The notes beneath the pieces were generated by a model. It saw only the letters and a program-made list of their open reading frames with translations. It was not told the origin of the DNA and did not search any database. DNA of 63,450 bases, filler included, from Lenisia limosa (Eukaryota; Protista; Breviatea): NCBI GenBank assembly GCA_001655205.1. It is 10 parts of 10 records of this genome, joined end to end, with 100 filler letters (N's around TTAATTAATTAA, not from the genome) between each part and the next. Parts side by side here need not be neighbours in the genome. Positions count along the whole stretch, not along the records: positions 31,751 to 47,606 come from LPNZ01006732.1; positions 47,707 to 52,976 come from LPNZ01002125.1; positions 53,077 to 56,130 come from LPNZ01006930.1; 7 more parts are not named here. One strand, written 5' to 3'. The translations under genes and the position numbers were made by a program. This document shows, piece by piece, positions 43,660 through 56,230 of the stretch. Position 1 is the stretch's first letter, and each line of letters begins with the position of its first letter.

Positions 43660-46600
43660 ATGAAGATCCTCCTTTTTGCACTCCTTCTCTTGGGTGTCCT
43701 TCAATGCTCTCTTGCGACAATGAGCACTACAGGTTTGGCCTTTAGATAAACCCATATTTATGGACGTTCCCAAATGATTATGAAATATCCTTAAATCACA
43801 CCAATCTAGTTCAACATTTGAAATGAATTGGTGCGGTGTAGATATTCAACATCCGCCATTCAAATTGTTGGATGGTGTATTGGATATCTTAATTTTGCCA
43901 TTTTTTTATGGGACTCTTTGAGAGCAAAAAAACAACCTTAAATTTCAGGTCCACGGCACCATTAATTACCATTGAGAACAGTCTTCGTCTCAGATACAGT
44001 TGTGTTTTTCATGACCTGTCTTTCTCATTGCTTTCTTCTGACTTGATTAGGTCAGGCGGTGACATTCCGCGCGTCTTCAAAGCCCCTGACATACACCATC
44101 TACGGAACATATTCGGAATTTCCCCATAACACTACTGCTATTACTGGTTGGTGGTGCAAATTTCCTTCACGACTGTTTTCGGGATTGTGATAGGAACGGT
44201 AGGTACTATAAATCTCGAGATTTTCTTTATTAATTTATATGATGGTGTGGCCGGTTATTATTATGTTATCTTAATAGTTATTTTAATAAATTGTTAGTAT
44301 ATAATATGATATATCAAATCTATTAATATTTCTGATAAACACTATATTACATGTTAATTAAATTAATATTATTAATTGCTCGGAGCACTATTATTTTTGT
44401 TCTTTCTTTGGGACTCAATATCCTGGACTCATCTCTACCAGGAGACTTGACAGCCTTTGTTGCCGGCCTTAACACGAGTGATGTTCGTGCTTTCCAGGTG
44501 GGGGTAAAGATCAATTCTGTCAAAAAAAAAAAAAAAGNNNNNNNNNNNNNNNNNNNNNNNNNNNNNNNNNNNNNNNNNNNNNNNNNNNNNNNNNNNNNNN
44601 NNNNNNNNNNNNNNNNNNNNNNNNNNNCTGGAATTCTTCTCCCACGGTTCGGGTGGGATGTAAACTGACCGGGATAAGTCTTGACCAATTTTCCTTGGGA
44701 AATCACATAGCAAATCGTTCAAGACTTATCCCGGTCACTGTGTATTATGTCAGGCAGGTACCAGCACGAAAACACATGAAATGTGATTGAATCTTGAGAT
44801 TTAAAAATAGACAGAGGAATACCATTAAAAAATGTGCTAAGGGATATTCTCAGACCTAAGAAAGCGGTAAAAGACGATTTGAATTCGTAATTCTTGCTTC
44901 TCTTTTTTGCCGCTTATTTTCAACTTCCCCTCCCCCCACCCCCCTTTCCACCTTCAACTTGCTCCCCCCCTCTGTATTGTTCTGACAGTTTGACTGGATC
45001 CAGCACGGCAAAAGCTCTATTCCATGAGCTTGAACACGATAAGAGAACTCAGCTATTCCAGTTTTACGGCGGACATCAACAAAGCTTGTAGGTGCCAAAG
45101 AGGTTTTTTTGAACAAGAGAAATAACATAATCATTAGAAATCTAGGGAAACAAATAAATACATACGGATACCATAAACAAAAAGGATTATTAAATAGTAT
45201 TGTTTTTCACCGTTATAGGGGCAAACATTGCGGTATGCGTTGAAGGGCCCAATGAAATCATTGGGAAGGGGGCGCGGGGCGAAGGGGGACTTCTTTTTGT
45301 GTAATGCCTGCAATAGTCACCGTTGGGCTTCAAGTTTCAAAAAGATAGACAACTAAATATAATATCGATGCGTAATCGAGAAATACAGTCATTTTCTGGT
45401 TTGGAGCGAAGCTCTTGTCATCTGAGTACAATTCGTTAGTAATAGCCTGCTATTTTTATCATTTACTGTGGCATAGTATCATATGATACTTAAAATATTC
45501 AAAAATATGAGTAATCTTTGATGAAACACAAAACATAGTATCATTACACCTGTACTAGAAAAACATGATGATGTGGGCGGCTTCCATAACCCACTAACAT
45601 ATACAATTCTATAAAATGAATTCTAATCTTACTATTTTTGTTTTAAAGAAGCCCAACGTTCCTTTGTTGACATTTGTCACAGCCGAACCCAACAACATTT
45701 CCGATTTTGAAAGCCTCCAACAGTTACAATTCCCTGATGTTTCAAACAGGTGCGAATCAAGGACTGAAAGGGGAAATCACTCTTGTGATAGTTAATGATA
45801 CTGATACACTTGGGAGGAATCCTCGTTTTTTCTTTATCCATCATTTCAATGATCATATTACAAGTGGATACGTAACACCATTTCAGTATTAACAACAAAT
45901 CAAAATTTTAATTTTGACGTACTCTAGGAGAGGCGTTGTACAGTCGGGGGACCAACACGTACGGCAAGCTTGGAGTTGGGACGTTGACGTCCTCAATATC
46001 CCTAACTGAAGTACCAGGCCATGTCAATGCCAGGGATTTCACTGCAAAGCCCTATAACTTTTGCCTCGTTATTTCTGGTTTGAAGGGCAGGCATGGGGGG
46101 CTTTCTCTTTTCTTTAACTTGTGTTTTCTCTCCTCAACTTACCGTTTATAGAAACGGGAAAGATCATGAGAGCCGGACAAAAGAAGTATGGAAACAGCAC
46201 GGCCACAGACGAAAACGTCCTCTTTTTCGAGGACATTACCCCGGATACCTTCGCAGTCGGCGAGGAGGCCATGTTTCTCGCTGGATCGTGAGAGGGGATT
46301 CAAAATGCTACTTTGAGGGGAGGAGGTGAATTTGGTCTTGTAACTATGAGGTAGGGAGGGGGTAGGTAAGGCTTCACTTCGGTTAAAAAAAAACGGAATC
46401 TCGATAAATCCTCGATAAATCCTCGATAAATCCTCGATAAATCCTCGATAAATCCTCGATATAATACATACTTTTATCAATCTTTTTCTGATTGGAGTGA
46501 AGCCTTAAGGGGGTGGTGTGGGGTATGAACTCCTCCCGAGTCGGTGATTTTAGAACCTGTTTTAAGTAGTGGTAGAGTGGGGGGTAGATCGGGTAGATCC

Positions 46601-47233
46601 GGCGGTTGCCTTACCGGAAATTAGGGCGGTGGGTAGCGGGACTCTATGGTCCGAGAAAAAACATCGATATTTATCGAGGAAGTCAGACTGTGGGGAAGCC
46701 CTAATGGTGGGCTTCTATTTTTGTTTCTTCTGTTTTGTGTTACCACTTTAGCTCTTCTGTGGTCTATATTACCACCAACCAAGGTCGTATATTTACATTA
46801 TCTGGAGCCACCGATGTAACTGATGTAAGGGGGGAGGGGGATTCATGGTGAGACAATTACATCATTATTTACCTATCCATTCACATATTTTTTAAAGGGC
46901 TTTTCCTTCCAGTCCCAAAAAGTGAAAATATCGATATTTATCGAGGATTTATCGAGAGTTTTGTTTTTCATTTAGACCGGAAATTTTCAAGAGCCAGAAA
47001 TATATTCAATATAAAAAAAAGGGAACAGAAATATTAAATACCAGAGTAGTGTACATATATCATATCATAAATATGCGTCTCACTGCTTCTCTGCCCCCCC
47101 CCCAACATCCCAACACCCAAACCCATTCAGTATTCTTATTATTTCGCCTTCCGCTTCCTTTTGACTCCAGACCGGGTTCACTTTCAACGGCACTGTTGTT
47201 GCAGTTCAGCAGTCGTACACTTCAACAATCACG
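43660..47233 (+). CDS. Second secreted RCC1-like repeat protein; 3'-truncated
   Basis: MKILLFALLLLGVLQCSLA signal peptide; FYGGHQQSL; GEALYSRGTNTYGKLGVGTLTSSISLTEVPG; LAGSSSVVYITTNQGRIFTLSG. Confidence 0.75.
44663..44740. mobile_element. MITE family B copy
   Basis: ACTGACCGGGATAAGTCTTGAC ... CAAGACTTATCCCGGTCACTG; further copies at 30121-30186, 32339-32409 and a half copy at 36289-36310. Confidence 0.8.
46369..46505. mobile_element. MITE family A copy with internal 11-bp tandem expansion
   Basis: TA|AGGCTTCACTTCGG ... five AAATCCTCGAT units ... GGAGTGAAGCCT|TA. Confidence 0.85.
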
Positions 47234-47829
47234 ATGCTCATGGGTATTCAGGGGGTTCTTTCGGACAAGTAATGAATAGGATATCATAAAGACAAATTAT
47301 CGTACTCCAGCGCAGGATAAGCACGCAGAAAACTGTGCTCAGTTTTGTAATTGAGTGAATAATATTTCACTGTAATCGTGTATCTATGAAGAGTAATGGT
47401 GTGAACGGCTTCGGCCATATAGTACCAATTTTTTTTCTTATCTCTAATTATATATGCTCATGGGTATGCAGGAGGTTCCCCCTCCCTTATTGGATTGAGA
47501 GCAATAGAGTGCATTAAGTATCATATCATCTACATGTACATATGTAGTGAGGGTACATGAGTGTGATTGGTCACATGAGTGTGATCGATTTTTTTTTTTT
47601 TTTTTTNNNNNNNNNNNNNNNNNNNNNNNNNNNNNNNNNNNNNNNNNNNNTTAATTAATTAANNNNNNNNNNNNNNNNNNNNNNNNNNNNNNNNNNNNNN
47701 NNNNNNCGAAGACAGCTGTCAAGATGAGGGGAGAAAAGGGCTATAATAACAACCCCCTTTTTCATGCTGTGGGTTGTATTAGGATAAGGAGTTAAGCTGA
47801 TAACACAAGCTCTAGCAAACCCCTTTGTT

Positions 47830-50800
47830 CCAATCCTCCTACCCTTGTAGCACCCTTGCCGCAGAGACGACAGATGCCGCTCTCGTCCCTCACTGCACCT
47901 TGTCTACGCAAATGAGGATAGAAACGGAAATGAAGTAATATGCATATGATAAGAAATAAGAAAAAAACAAGATAGTATCCTCACACTCATAAGAAAACAA
48001 GATAGTATCTGGCCGTAAGACAAAGTATATCTTATCATATTTTAATATAATATCATATAGTATATCGATATACTATATTGTATATGATATGTATATTATG
48101 TGTATAATACTGTATCTGATACTAGTAAAAATTCAGCCAATTATTTACGGTTGTGTACTGTTATAGGAAAAGAGGTAGCAAATAAGAAATAATAAGTGAA
48201 TTGAACGATAAAAAAGAGATAAATGACATCTGGATTGTAGCTTACGTGCAGTTGCAGGTTGTGTTTGCTGGGGGGACTGGGAGGGAGTTGCCAATGCACT
48301 TACAATCCTCAATGGATGTCTGCAGTGTCACTGCATGAACAGGGGAATTTTCAAACCATCATGGCGGACGAAATTGATAAGATACCATTCTTGCTTCTCA
48401 ACTCAAATCTTGTGATTATTCATATGATAAAGTATGATATACTATGCATATCATATGATGTAGTACAATTTGTCTGGCCAAAGTCGTCCACACCTTCACG
48501 TTTCTAAGTAATATTGTTTACATCATATAGTTACAAAATCCGCACATACCTTTCCGAAAAGGATGATCTTAAGATACACTGTATATGCCGACACCCCCCC
48601 CCCCCCNNNNNNNNNNNNNNNNNNNNNNNNNNNNNNNNNNNNNNNNNNNNNNNNNNNNNNNNNNNNNNNNNNNNNCAATTCGTTGCCCTGGGCTGCCTTG
48701 TACATTCCGACTGGGCAGGCCTCGCATAAACCTGCTTCGGGGAAGTAGCCTAGAGGAAGGGATGACGGTGTGGTGAAAATAAAATTTACGAGAAAAAACC
48801 TAAAATCAGCTGGCTTGATATTTGAGAAACACAGAGGGTTGATACAACACCAAGGCCAGTAACTTCTGCAGCACAGCATGAATATCCAATTATTGAGTCC
48901 CCAAGAAGAATAAACCACCGTACCGTATAATATAAAGTAAGGGGTAAAATTGGTGAAAGGGTGGGGGGTTGAAGAAATACAGGTCAAAATCCGCTCTTTA
49001 CACCGGGGGATACTATCGATAGTATATATGATAAAACGTAAAGACCACCCGTATTACATCACCACATTTACTTTAATACTGGATAAAGGAGTGTTTTCGA
49101 TGTACCATCAGCCACAAACCCTTGTAACATATGCAGAGATTCGAGCCATTGAGCGCATGTGAATTCGGGGGACATGCCACACATCTAGGAGATAAGCGGA
49201 AGTACGTCAATACGACTTGGTAGGTTTAGATAAACTCTTATCGGATCATCAACCATGTCAAACATGATATTCTAAGGGTGTAAGCATCACCTGAGCTGAC
49301 ACGAATTGTTATGGTCGTCCCTTTTTGATTTGATATGACCCCCCCCCCCCNNNNNNNNNNNNNNNNNNNNNNNNNNNNNNNNNNNNNNNNNNNNNNNNNN
49401 NNNNNNNNNNNNNNNNNNNNNNNNNNNNNNNNNNNNNNNNNNNNNNNNNNNNNNNNNNNNNNNNNNNNNNNNTCGAAGGCTGGATGATCACTCGACAGAA
49501 TAATATCCTCAATCGATATTTCCATTGTATAAGGAACTTCGAAAACAAAAAAGACCCCTCACATTCAGCGAGTGCCACGGTCTGGAAGGTGTCCTTACAA
49601 GTGCAGTTGGCAATGTTAGTGGAGGAGACAGGGGATGTGGAATGACTTACTGGGCACTCGACACAGGCCTGGTGGGGAGGGGGAGTGAGAAATATGCCGT
49701 CGGGCTCTGAAATTCACAAAAGTAGACCGATATTTCCAAAAAATCTTTGAAAAGTCCAAGAAATGGTTATCGGCATGTGGAAAAGAGATTACACATCAGC
49801 GAACCATCACGTTTATTGATGGAATTATAGATTGAAAACAATCCTTATCCCCTCCCCCCAACCGCGAAGGCGTCAAGATCCAGAGTAAATGCAACGTCCT
49901 CCTTATAAGTCCCCGCAGGGCATTGGATACACTCGTTGGTGAGTGCATGGCTGTAGTAGCCCTTGTCACATGCACAACGTCCGTCAGCGTCAGCAGCACT
50001 GGGGGAGGGGGTGATACACGTGCAGGTTTGAGACATTTCCATCGGAGGGTGGTACTGTTTGGGGTGTTGGGCGTAGAGGGAGAAGAAGGAATTGAAATGA
50101 TGAGATGGACGATTGTAATATAAATCTCGAACAAGAGTAATTATATGACATCATACTAAGGTTATGTTTCATTAATTATGCTTATAAAGATTATCACTAG
50201 TAGTACACTCACCTGTTTTCACGAATTTGATCACAGGGGTATGACTGAATGATGTTGTACTGCATTGTTAAGAGGGAATAATAATGTTTTGATCGGTGCA
50301 AGAGCCATCACAATCGTCGAGGGTAATCATATGGTCAAGGGCATTCTTCAACTTCCGATTTCACATTATTATATGATATGATATCTATGATATATCTATT
50401 TTGCCAACTGCATTTCAACTATTCAAAGAGATTGGTCCGACTCCACAAATCTTCGAAACTCCATGATATTTCACCTTGACAATATGCCCACCAAAGTAGG
50501 AGAGTCGACATTTGAGGTGCCACTTTCGACCTGAACAGCGTATGCAACGTTTTGAGCCAGGATCAGCTCCAACGTCTCAAACTTGGCTGTTCCATTTGAG
50601 CACACTGCCGACCGGCCGGAGAACTGAAATCGTTAATACAGTCGCTTTTGTGCTTGATTTTGGGGAAATACCAATTTACTCAAACGGAAAAAGCCAAATG
50701 GATTTACATTTAGTACTGTTTTTCAGCCTATTTCCTCAACAAAAAGAGAACAACCTCCAATTGTTGCACACGACAGCCGCATACCCAGATAGGCTGGGGG

Positions 50801-52710
50801 TCGATAATGAGGAAAGCGGTGCATGGAACGTCACGACGCTCCCCGTCAAAGAGTACCTGGGGGGGGGATGAAATAAGGCTTGCGATGGACTGGGACTTTG
50901 CTTTGGAATAAGGGAAGTCTTCAGTCGCAATAGAAAACACATCTCAAAAAAAACATCGTTAGAAAATGCATCTCAAAAAACATCGTTAGAAAATCAGACA
51001 TTAACAAGAAAGTATACATACCTCCACCTCCATGAGTGTAGAGGGCTTTCCGTATCCGATTTTCATGGGTAACATTTTGACCTGTTTCAACTCATACTGT
51101 CTGAACACGTGTACCTGGGTTAGGTAAGAAGAGGATTATCAGACAGAAGATGAAAGAACTTTTGTAAAGATTTTGGGTACAGTATCATAAACCCCAAAAC
51201 GAAACATTAAATACGAATGAAGCTGAATGCTGTCATACAAAATGAATCCGTACCGCCTCAACCAAGGTTACAACCCCCGCACAGTATTAGCAGCGATCGG
51301 AGGGTCATAGAACGTTTGGTTGTCGAAGCTGATGGAAATAGTGATGTCTGCGGACTCAGTTGTGAGGGAGTACGGGCATTGGACGAGGGACTCGTCTCTG
51401 TAGTGGCCAGTCACCATCTACTGGTCAGGCCTTTTCAATTTCAGAGGAACCTTTTTCTATTTAACGCATCAAATTAGAATGATGCTATCGATATCTAATT
51501 TTACAGGGAGGGAATGTCGGAGAGAAAGAGCATTGTTAGGCAAATAGTAGAGCTCTAGGGGTTACGATGGTCCATTGGCAATCTATTAGACTCATGTTTC
51601 AAAGAAAATCTTCAATCAACAAGTTTCAGCCACCAACCGAGCCGTCACCGAAGCGACAAGTCAGGGCGTTGGAGTCGTAGAAGTTCAATCCCACAACGTC
51701 TATGAGGGCCTGGAGGGTGAGAGTGGTCCAAGTTTTACATAAGCACACAGGATACCCAGAATATAAACGGTTTTTAGAGTTGAACCAAAATAGAAATATC
51801 CTTGACCCCCCACATCCATGGTATTTGTACTAAGAAACGCAGGGCTGAGGGCGCTGACAGAACCCTGGAGCATCGGCGTGATGTACGCTGATAGGCCTTT
51901 CTGGGGGGAGGGCGATTAATGTGGATGTACATATGATACACTATTTCAATTACTAAAATCTGCTAAGCATATAAGCAGATGTAAGGACACTATGACATAT
52001 CTTCATAAGAGTATTATATAAGCAATACTATATAGTATTTGTAATGCAATTGTGATCTGCATTTGAAACAATTAACACTGGAGAAAATAAACCACAGCAT
52101 GACCCCTCCAACCCCAATCCCAGTAGCGCCGAAAACATACAGCAAGCCTGCACGACCATTCTTTCGGTAATCTTCCCAACTAAACAGACAGATGAAAGCA
52201 GTAACAATCGAAAGTTGTGGCCGAAGTTGTTTTATAAAAAACTCCAATTCCAAGAAGATGAGAGAAATAATCACAAATTATACTGCTATTTAAAACACCA
52301 ATTTTTTTACTCATATGGAATGACTCCCACCCACGTTGAAACAAAGGAAAGGCCTGTTGAGGTGACTACGCCTTCCTCTGCACCCTGGAACAGCGCATAG
52401 GCAGACGCAGTGTAGTTGCCAGAGTAAATGAGTACATAATCGCCTGGCTGGCCATGGCTCGGAAGGATGGGCGATGTGAACTGGGAGATGATGTGCATAG
52501 AAACATGTTACATTTGAGATAAATGTGAGGGTTCTTTTAGAGTACCCCAGCCCCCGCAAACGGATATAACGGTTGTTTCATAAACAAAGTTGGGGACAAT
52601 GTTCTCGAATTTGATCTGCTTGACTTCCAGGTTAACTTCAGGTGCAACCGATGCCCCGTCGCATTTCAACGTCAGCGTAGCCGTACCGAAATCATTCCCC
52701 CTGAAGAAGT
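47830..52710 (-). CDS. Internal fragment of a surface protein with IPT/TIG domains and GCC2_GCC3 (ephrin-receptor-like) Cys repeats
   Basis: Exons: VVGLNFYDSNALTCRFGDG; YRDESLVQCPYS..ITISISFDNQTF; CACDKGYYSHALTNECIQCPAGTYKE; CVECPVSHSTSPVSSTNIANCTCKD; CEACPVGMYKAAQGN; TSIEDCKC. Both ends cut by spacers. Confidence 0.8.
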
Positions 52711-53119
52711 AAGGGAAGATCCGAGTGATTTTAAGCAAGGTTGAGTGAGAACAAGTCGGTAATACTACCACGAAATTTATTGCCGAAACAGAAGTCAGCC
52801 CTCCAATATCTTAGGTAAAAACTATCTCACTTTATGCATCAAACTCTATAAAAAAAAGCCATTTGGGTTAAAGGCAATTTAGTGTGTAGGTCCCATAGTC
52901 TCAGGACCTGATATTAATATATAGGTGGGGGGACATGACCGTGTCCAGGGACATGACCGTGTCCACTTTTTAAAAANNNNNNNNNNNNNNNNNNNNNNNN
53001 NNNNNNNNNNNNNNNNNNNNTTAATTAATTAANNNNNNNNNNNNNNNNNNNNNNNNNNNNNNNNNNNNNNNNNNNNCCCAATAACAAAAATAGGACAACA
53101 TGACAGCCCTATTCATTTC

Positions 53120-53850
53120 TCTTCCTCAGTACCTCATGAGCGTCGTCAAATAGAAGGGCAACGGCCGGTAGTACGACTGTTGGGTCGTTTTCAATTTCAC
53201 TAAATGAAAATTAGACAAAAGAGGCGGAATTGTTTTAGATAAATACACCTATTTCTACGATATGCCCTCAAAACTAATCAACCACCAACACCAACCCCAC
53301 CTGTCTGAAGATGACATCTTTGTAACTCTCTTGCTTCTGAATAATAAAAGGGGAAACATATGTAGAGCAAGCTTGGACTGATATGATATTAGAGGAGATT
53401 TTCATGGTAAATCTACCCTACCCCCGAGGACAATATGAAAATTTAAACAAATATAACTCCTTATGCGGAATAACATCCACTGGGAGCAAATATGTGCTGG
53501 TTGAAATGATAGCCTCTTACGTCACACTCTGTGGAGGGAACTCGAGTTTTTACAAACTTTCTCGGTATAGCTTCCTTATATTCTAGTAGAATTATCCTTT
53601 TATCAACTGTCGGTTCAATCAGATACAGTGAGCGGGGGAAACCTTCAAGATTTCTTTAGACACAGTTAGTATTTAATTATTATTAATATACGTTACACAG
53701 CGGGATAAATTGTTGATTAAGAGTATTATGACCTATTCAACTTTTAGAATCCAGTCTAAATCCAAACTATCATTTTGACTGTTTATATCAAATTTTGAAA
53801 CTTCATTTTCGCTCAAAATAGCGTCAATTACCTAGAAGTTTGCATTGAAA
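53120..53850 (-). CDS. 5' part of an uncharacterised gene divergent from the channel gene
   Basis: Open exons with GT-AG ends (YKEAIPRKFVKTRVPSTECD; SKRVTKMSSSD|SEIENDPTVVLPAVALLFDDAHE); joins incomplete. Confidence 0.3.
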
Positions 53851-54021
53851 CGTCTATTAAACAGTTAATATTAAAAAGAGACCCGGTTATAAGTGCGCGC
53901 AACTGTTCATGGCAAAGTTCTCGATTCTGTTGGGGTGTCTTCGGTAACTCCCGTTTGTTTGGGGTGGGGAAGTGATGAAACACACCCTGCCCCGTCTGAA
54001 TTGCCACCTCTCGCTCCCAAT

Positions 54022-56130
54022 ATGTCGCAAGGCCGGGATCTCCCAAGCAACCCCCCTGTAGCCGCGTCTGGAGGTACCTCAGGGGCAGTTCAAGCCGCTA
54101 AAGATGAATCATATACTCCTCCAACCACACCACGACGCGTTGATCCGGCACATCCCCTGTCAGGTACCTCTTCCAATCGAGCCAACCTCCTTGTAGGCGC
54201 CTTCCCACCGCGCTTCATTCTTAAAATACCAGCAAAATGGTGTTTCAACAAGGATTAATCAAATGTAGGAACTTGCCAGGGCTGCTCGCCACCAACTTGA
54301 TAGCCGAGGGGTGGAGGTAGGTAGAGTTCTTCTCTCTTCAAATGGAGCAACTAAACATGATTGATAAGGAATATGAGTATTTTCCGTTTAAACGGTGGCT
54401 TATTACACTTAAGTACTGCTAATTATCGTTTTGATCCCGTTCTTTCCGGGCCTTCTTTTAGCCAGTCAGAAATGCTGTCTGGTTATTACAGTAGCAGTTT
54501 AAACATAGTGTATGTATCGTAGCTATTTATTTAATATCCTTTGTGGATTCTATATCGTTAATATAGACGATCAAGTAACCCCATTTATTTCCAAATCCAG
54601 AGTGACATTTTTTAATTTTCATATTTTGAATTATTTCTACTACAGTGCTTTATTAGATGTCTAATGATTGGGGAATTGGTCCCTAACGTACTTCCGTATC
54701 ATTTTTTTTTTTGCAGCAGAGTCTGCTTTCTTCTCCATCTCGTCCCTTTCTTTCTCTATTGACATTTAGGCTGGATTCTAGTTCAACCTATGACCTATAT
54801 ATTGATTCAAACGTTTCTAAATATTTCGTTTTTCTATTTTTTTATCTCATTCACAAAACCTATCTTTCCTCTTTCACAAGCCCCTTCCCTCGCATGTGTT
54901 TTTCTCTTTTTTTCTCATTCATCAGACCCATCTTGGCGGATTTGGCAAGTTCAGGAAAGTTGTGAAGAACATTGTTCAGAACAAGTGGGTCCATATATGG
55001 GGTTCAGAAATGAGATTAATGATATTGGTAAGCCATCACTTCGGTTCGGGAAAATGTCGATGTTTTTAGAGGATTTATTGAAAATTCAGTCTTATTTTGA
55101 ACCGAAATGAAGCCAAGTTACCTTTCACCCTCTTCAGATGGTTCGACCGGTTCATTCTGTTCCTGATCTTCTGCAACTGTGTCACGCTCTCCATGTACGA
55201 CCCCACTGCCCCCGAGGATGACGAAGGCAATGCTGTAGGCAAAACGGACAAAATAGCCTATTGTGCACTCTGTTGAAACCAGTGTCTTTTGGCGGTCTTT
55301 GAAGTTTTAAGGATTTCTTGATGTTCACCCTTCCAGCAACTTGAGCAATTGGACTTTTACTTTCTCCTAATCTTCACTGTGGAAGCGACACTGAAAATGA
55401 TCGGCTTTGGGTATGAGGGTATTGGGAGGCATAGAGGCCAATATACCGTGAGCTTTTCGCTTTTGGTGTCATATAAAAAACGGAGTTCTTGGAGGGGGAG
55501 GGTTGAGGGACCTAATCAAGCGGGAAGGAGGGGTATGGAGTGTGACATTTTGTGAGCTACAATCATTTGATATCTAGGTAATAAGTGGCCATTTTTGTTA
55601 ATCGTATGCTCGGAATTTATCATAGACCTACTCATAGGGCTATTTGTCTCAGAAAAAAAGTTCGGCATTGTTTTTTTTTTTTCTGATATGTACAACAGAG
55701 CNNNNNNNNNNNNNNNNNNNNNNNNNNNNNNNNNNNNNNNNNNNNNNNNNNNNNNNNNNNNNNNNNNNNNNNNNNNNNNNNNNNNNNNNNNNNNNNNNNN
55801 NNNNNNNNNNNNNNNNNNNNNNNNNNNNNNNNNNNNNNNNNNNNNNNNNNNNNNNNNNNNNNNNNNNNNNNNNNNNNNNNNNNNNNNNNNNNNNNNNNNN
55901 NNNNNNNNNNNNNNNNNNNNNNNNNNNNNNNNNNNNNNNNNNNNNNNNNNNNNNNNNNNNNNNNNNNNNNNNNNNNNTTGTTATCAACAGAGTTAATTTG
56001 AGTGTTTTTTGTTTCAGATATTTTCCCTTCGTACCTCCGACCCCCCTGTTGACTTTACAGTCTTTGGAGCCCCCCGGATGCCTATTTTAGGGACAGATGG
56101 AACCGTCTAGATTTCGTCATTATCGTTACT
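54022..56130 (+). CDS. Voltage-gated Ca2+/Na+ channel alpha subunit, N-terminus and domain I S1-S3; 3'-truncated
   Basis: GKFRKVVKNIVQNKWFDRFILFLIFCNCVTLSMYDP (S1), QLEQLDFYFLLIFTVEATLKMIGFG (S2), DAYFRDRWNRLDFVIIVT (S3): canonical four-domain channel motifs. Confidence 0.9.
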
Positions 56131-56230
56131 NNNNNNNNNNNNNNNNNNNNNNNNNNNNNNNNNNNNNNNNNNNNTTAATTAATTAANNNNNNNNNNNNNN
56201 NNNNNNNNNNNNNNNNNNNNNNNNNNNNNN

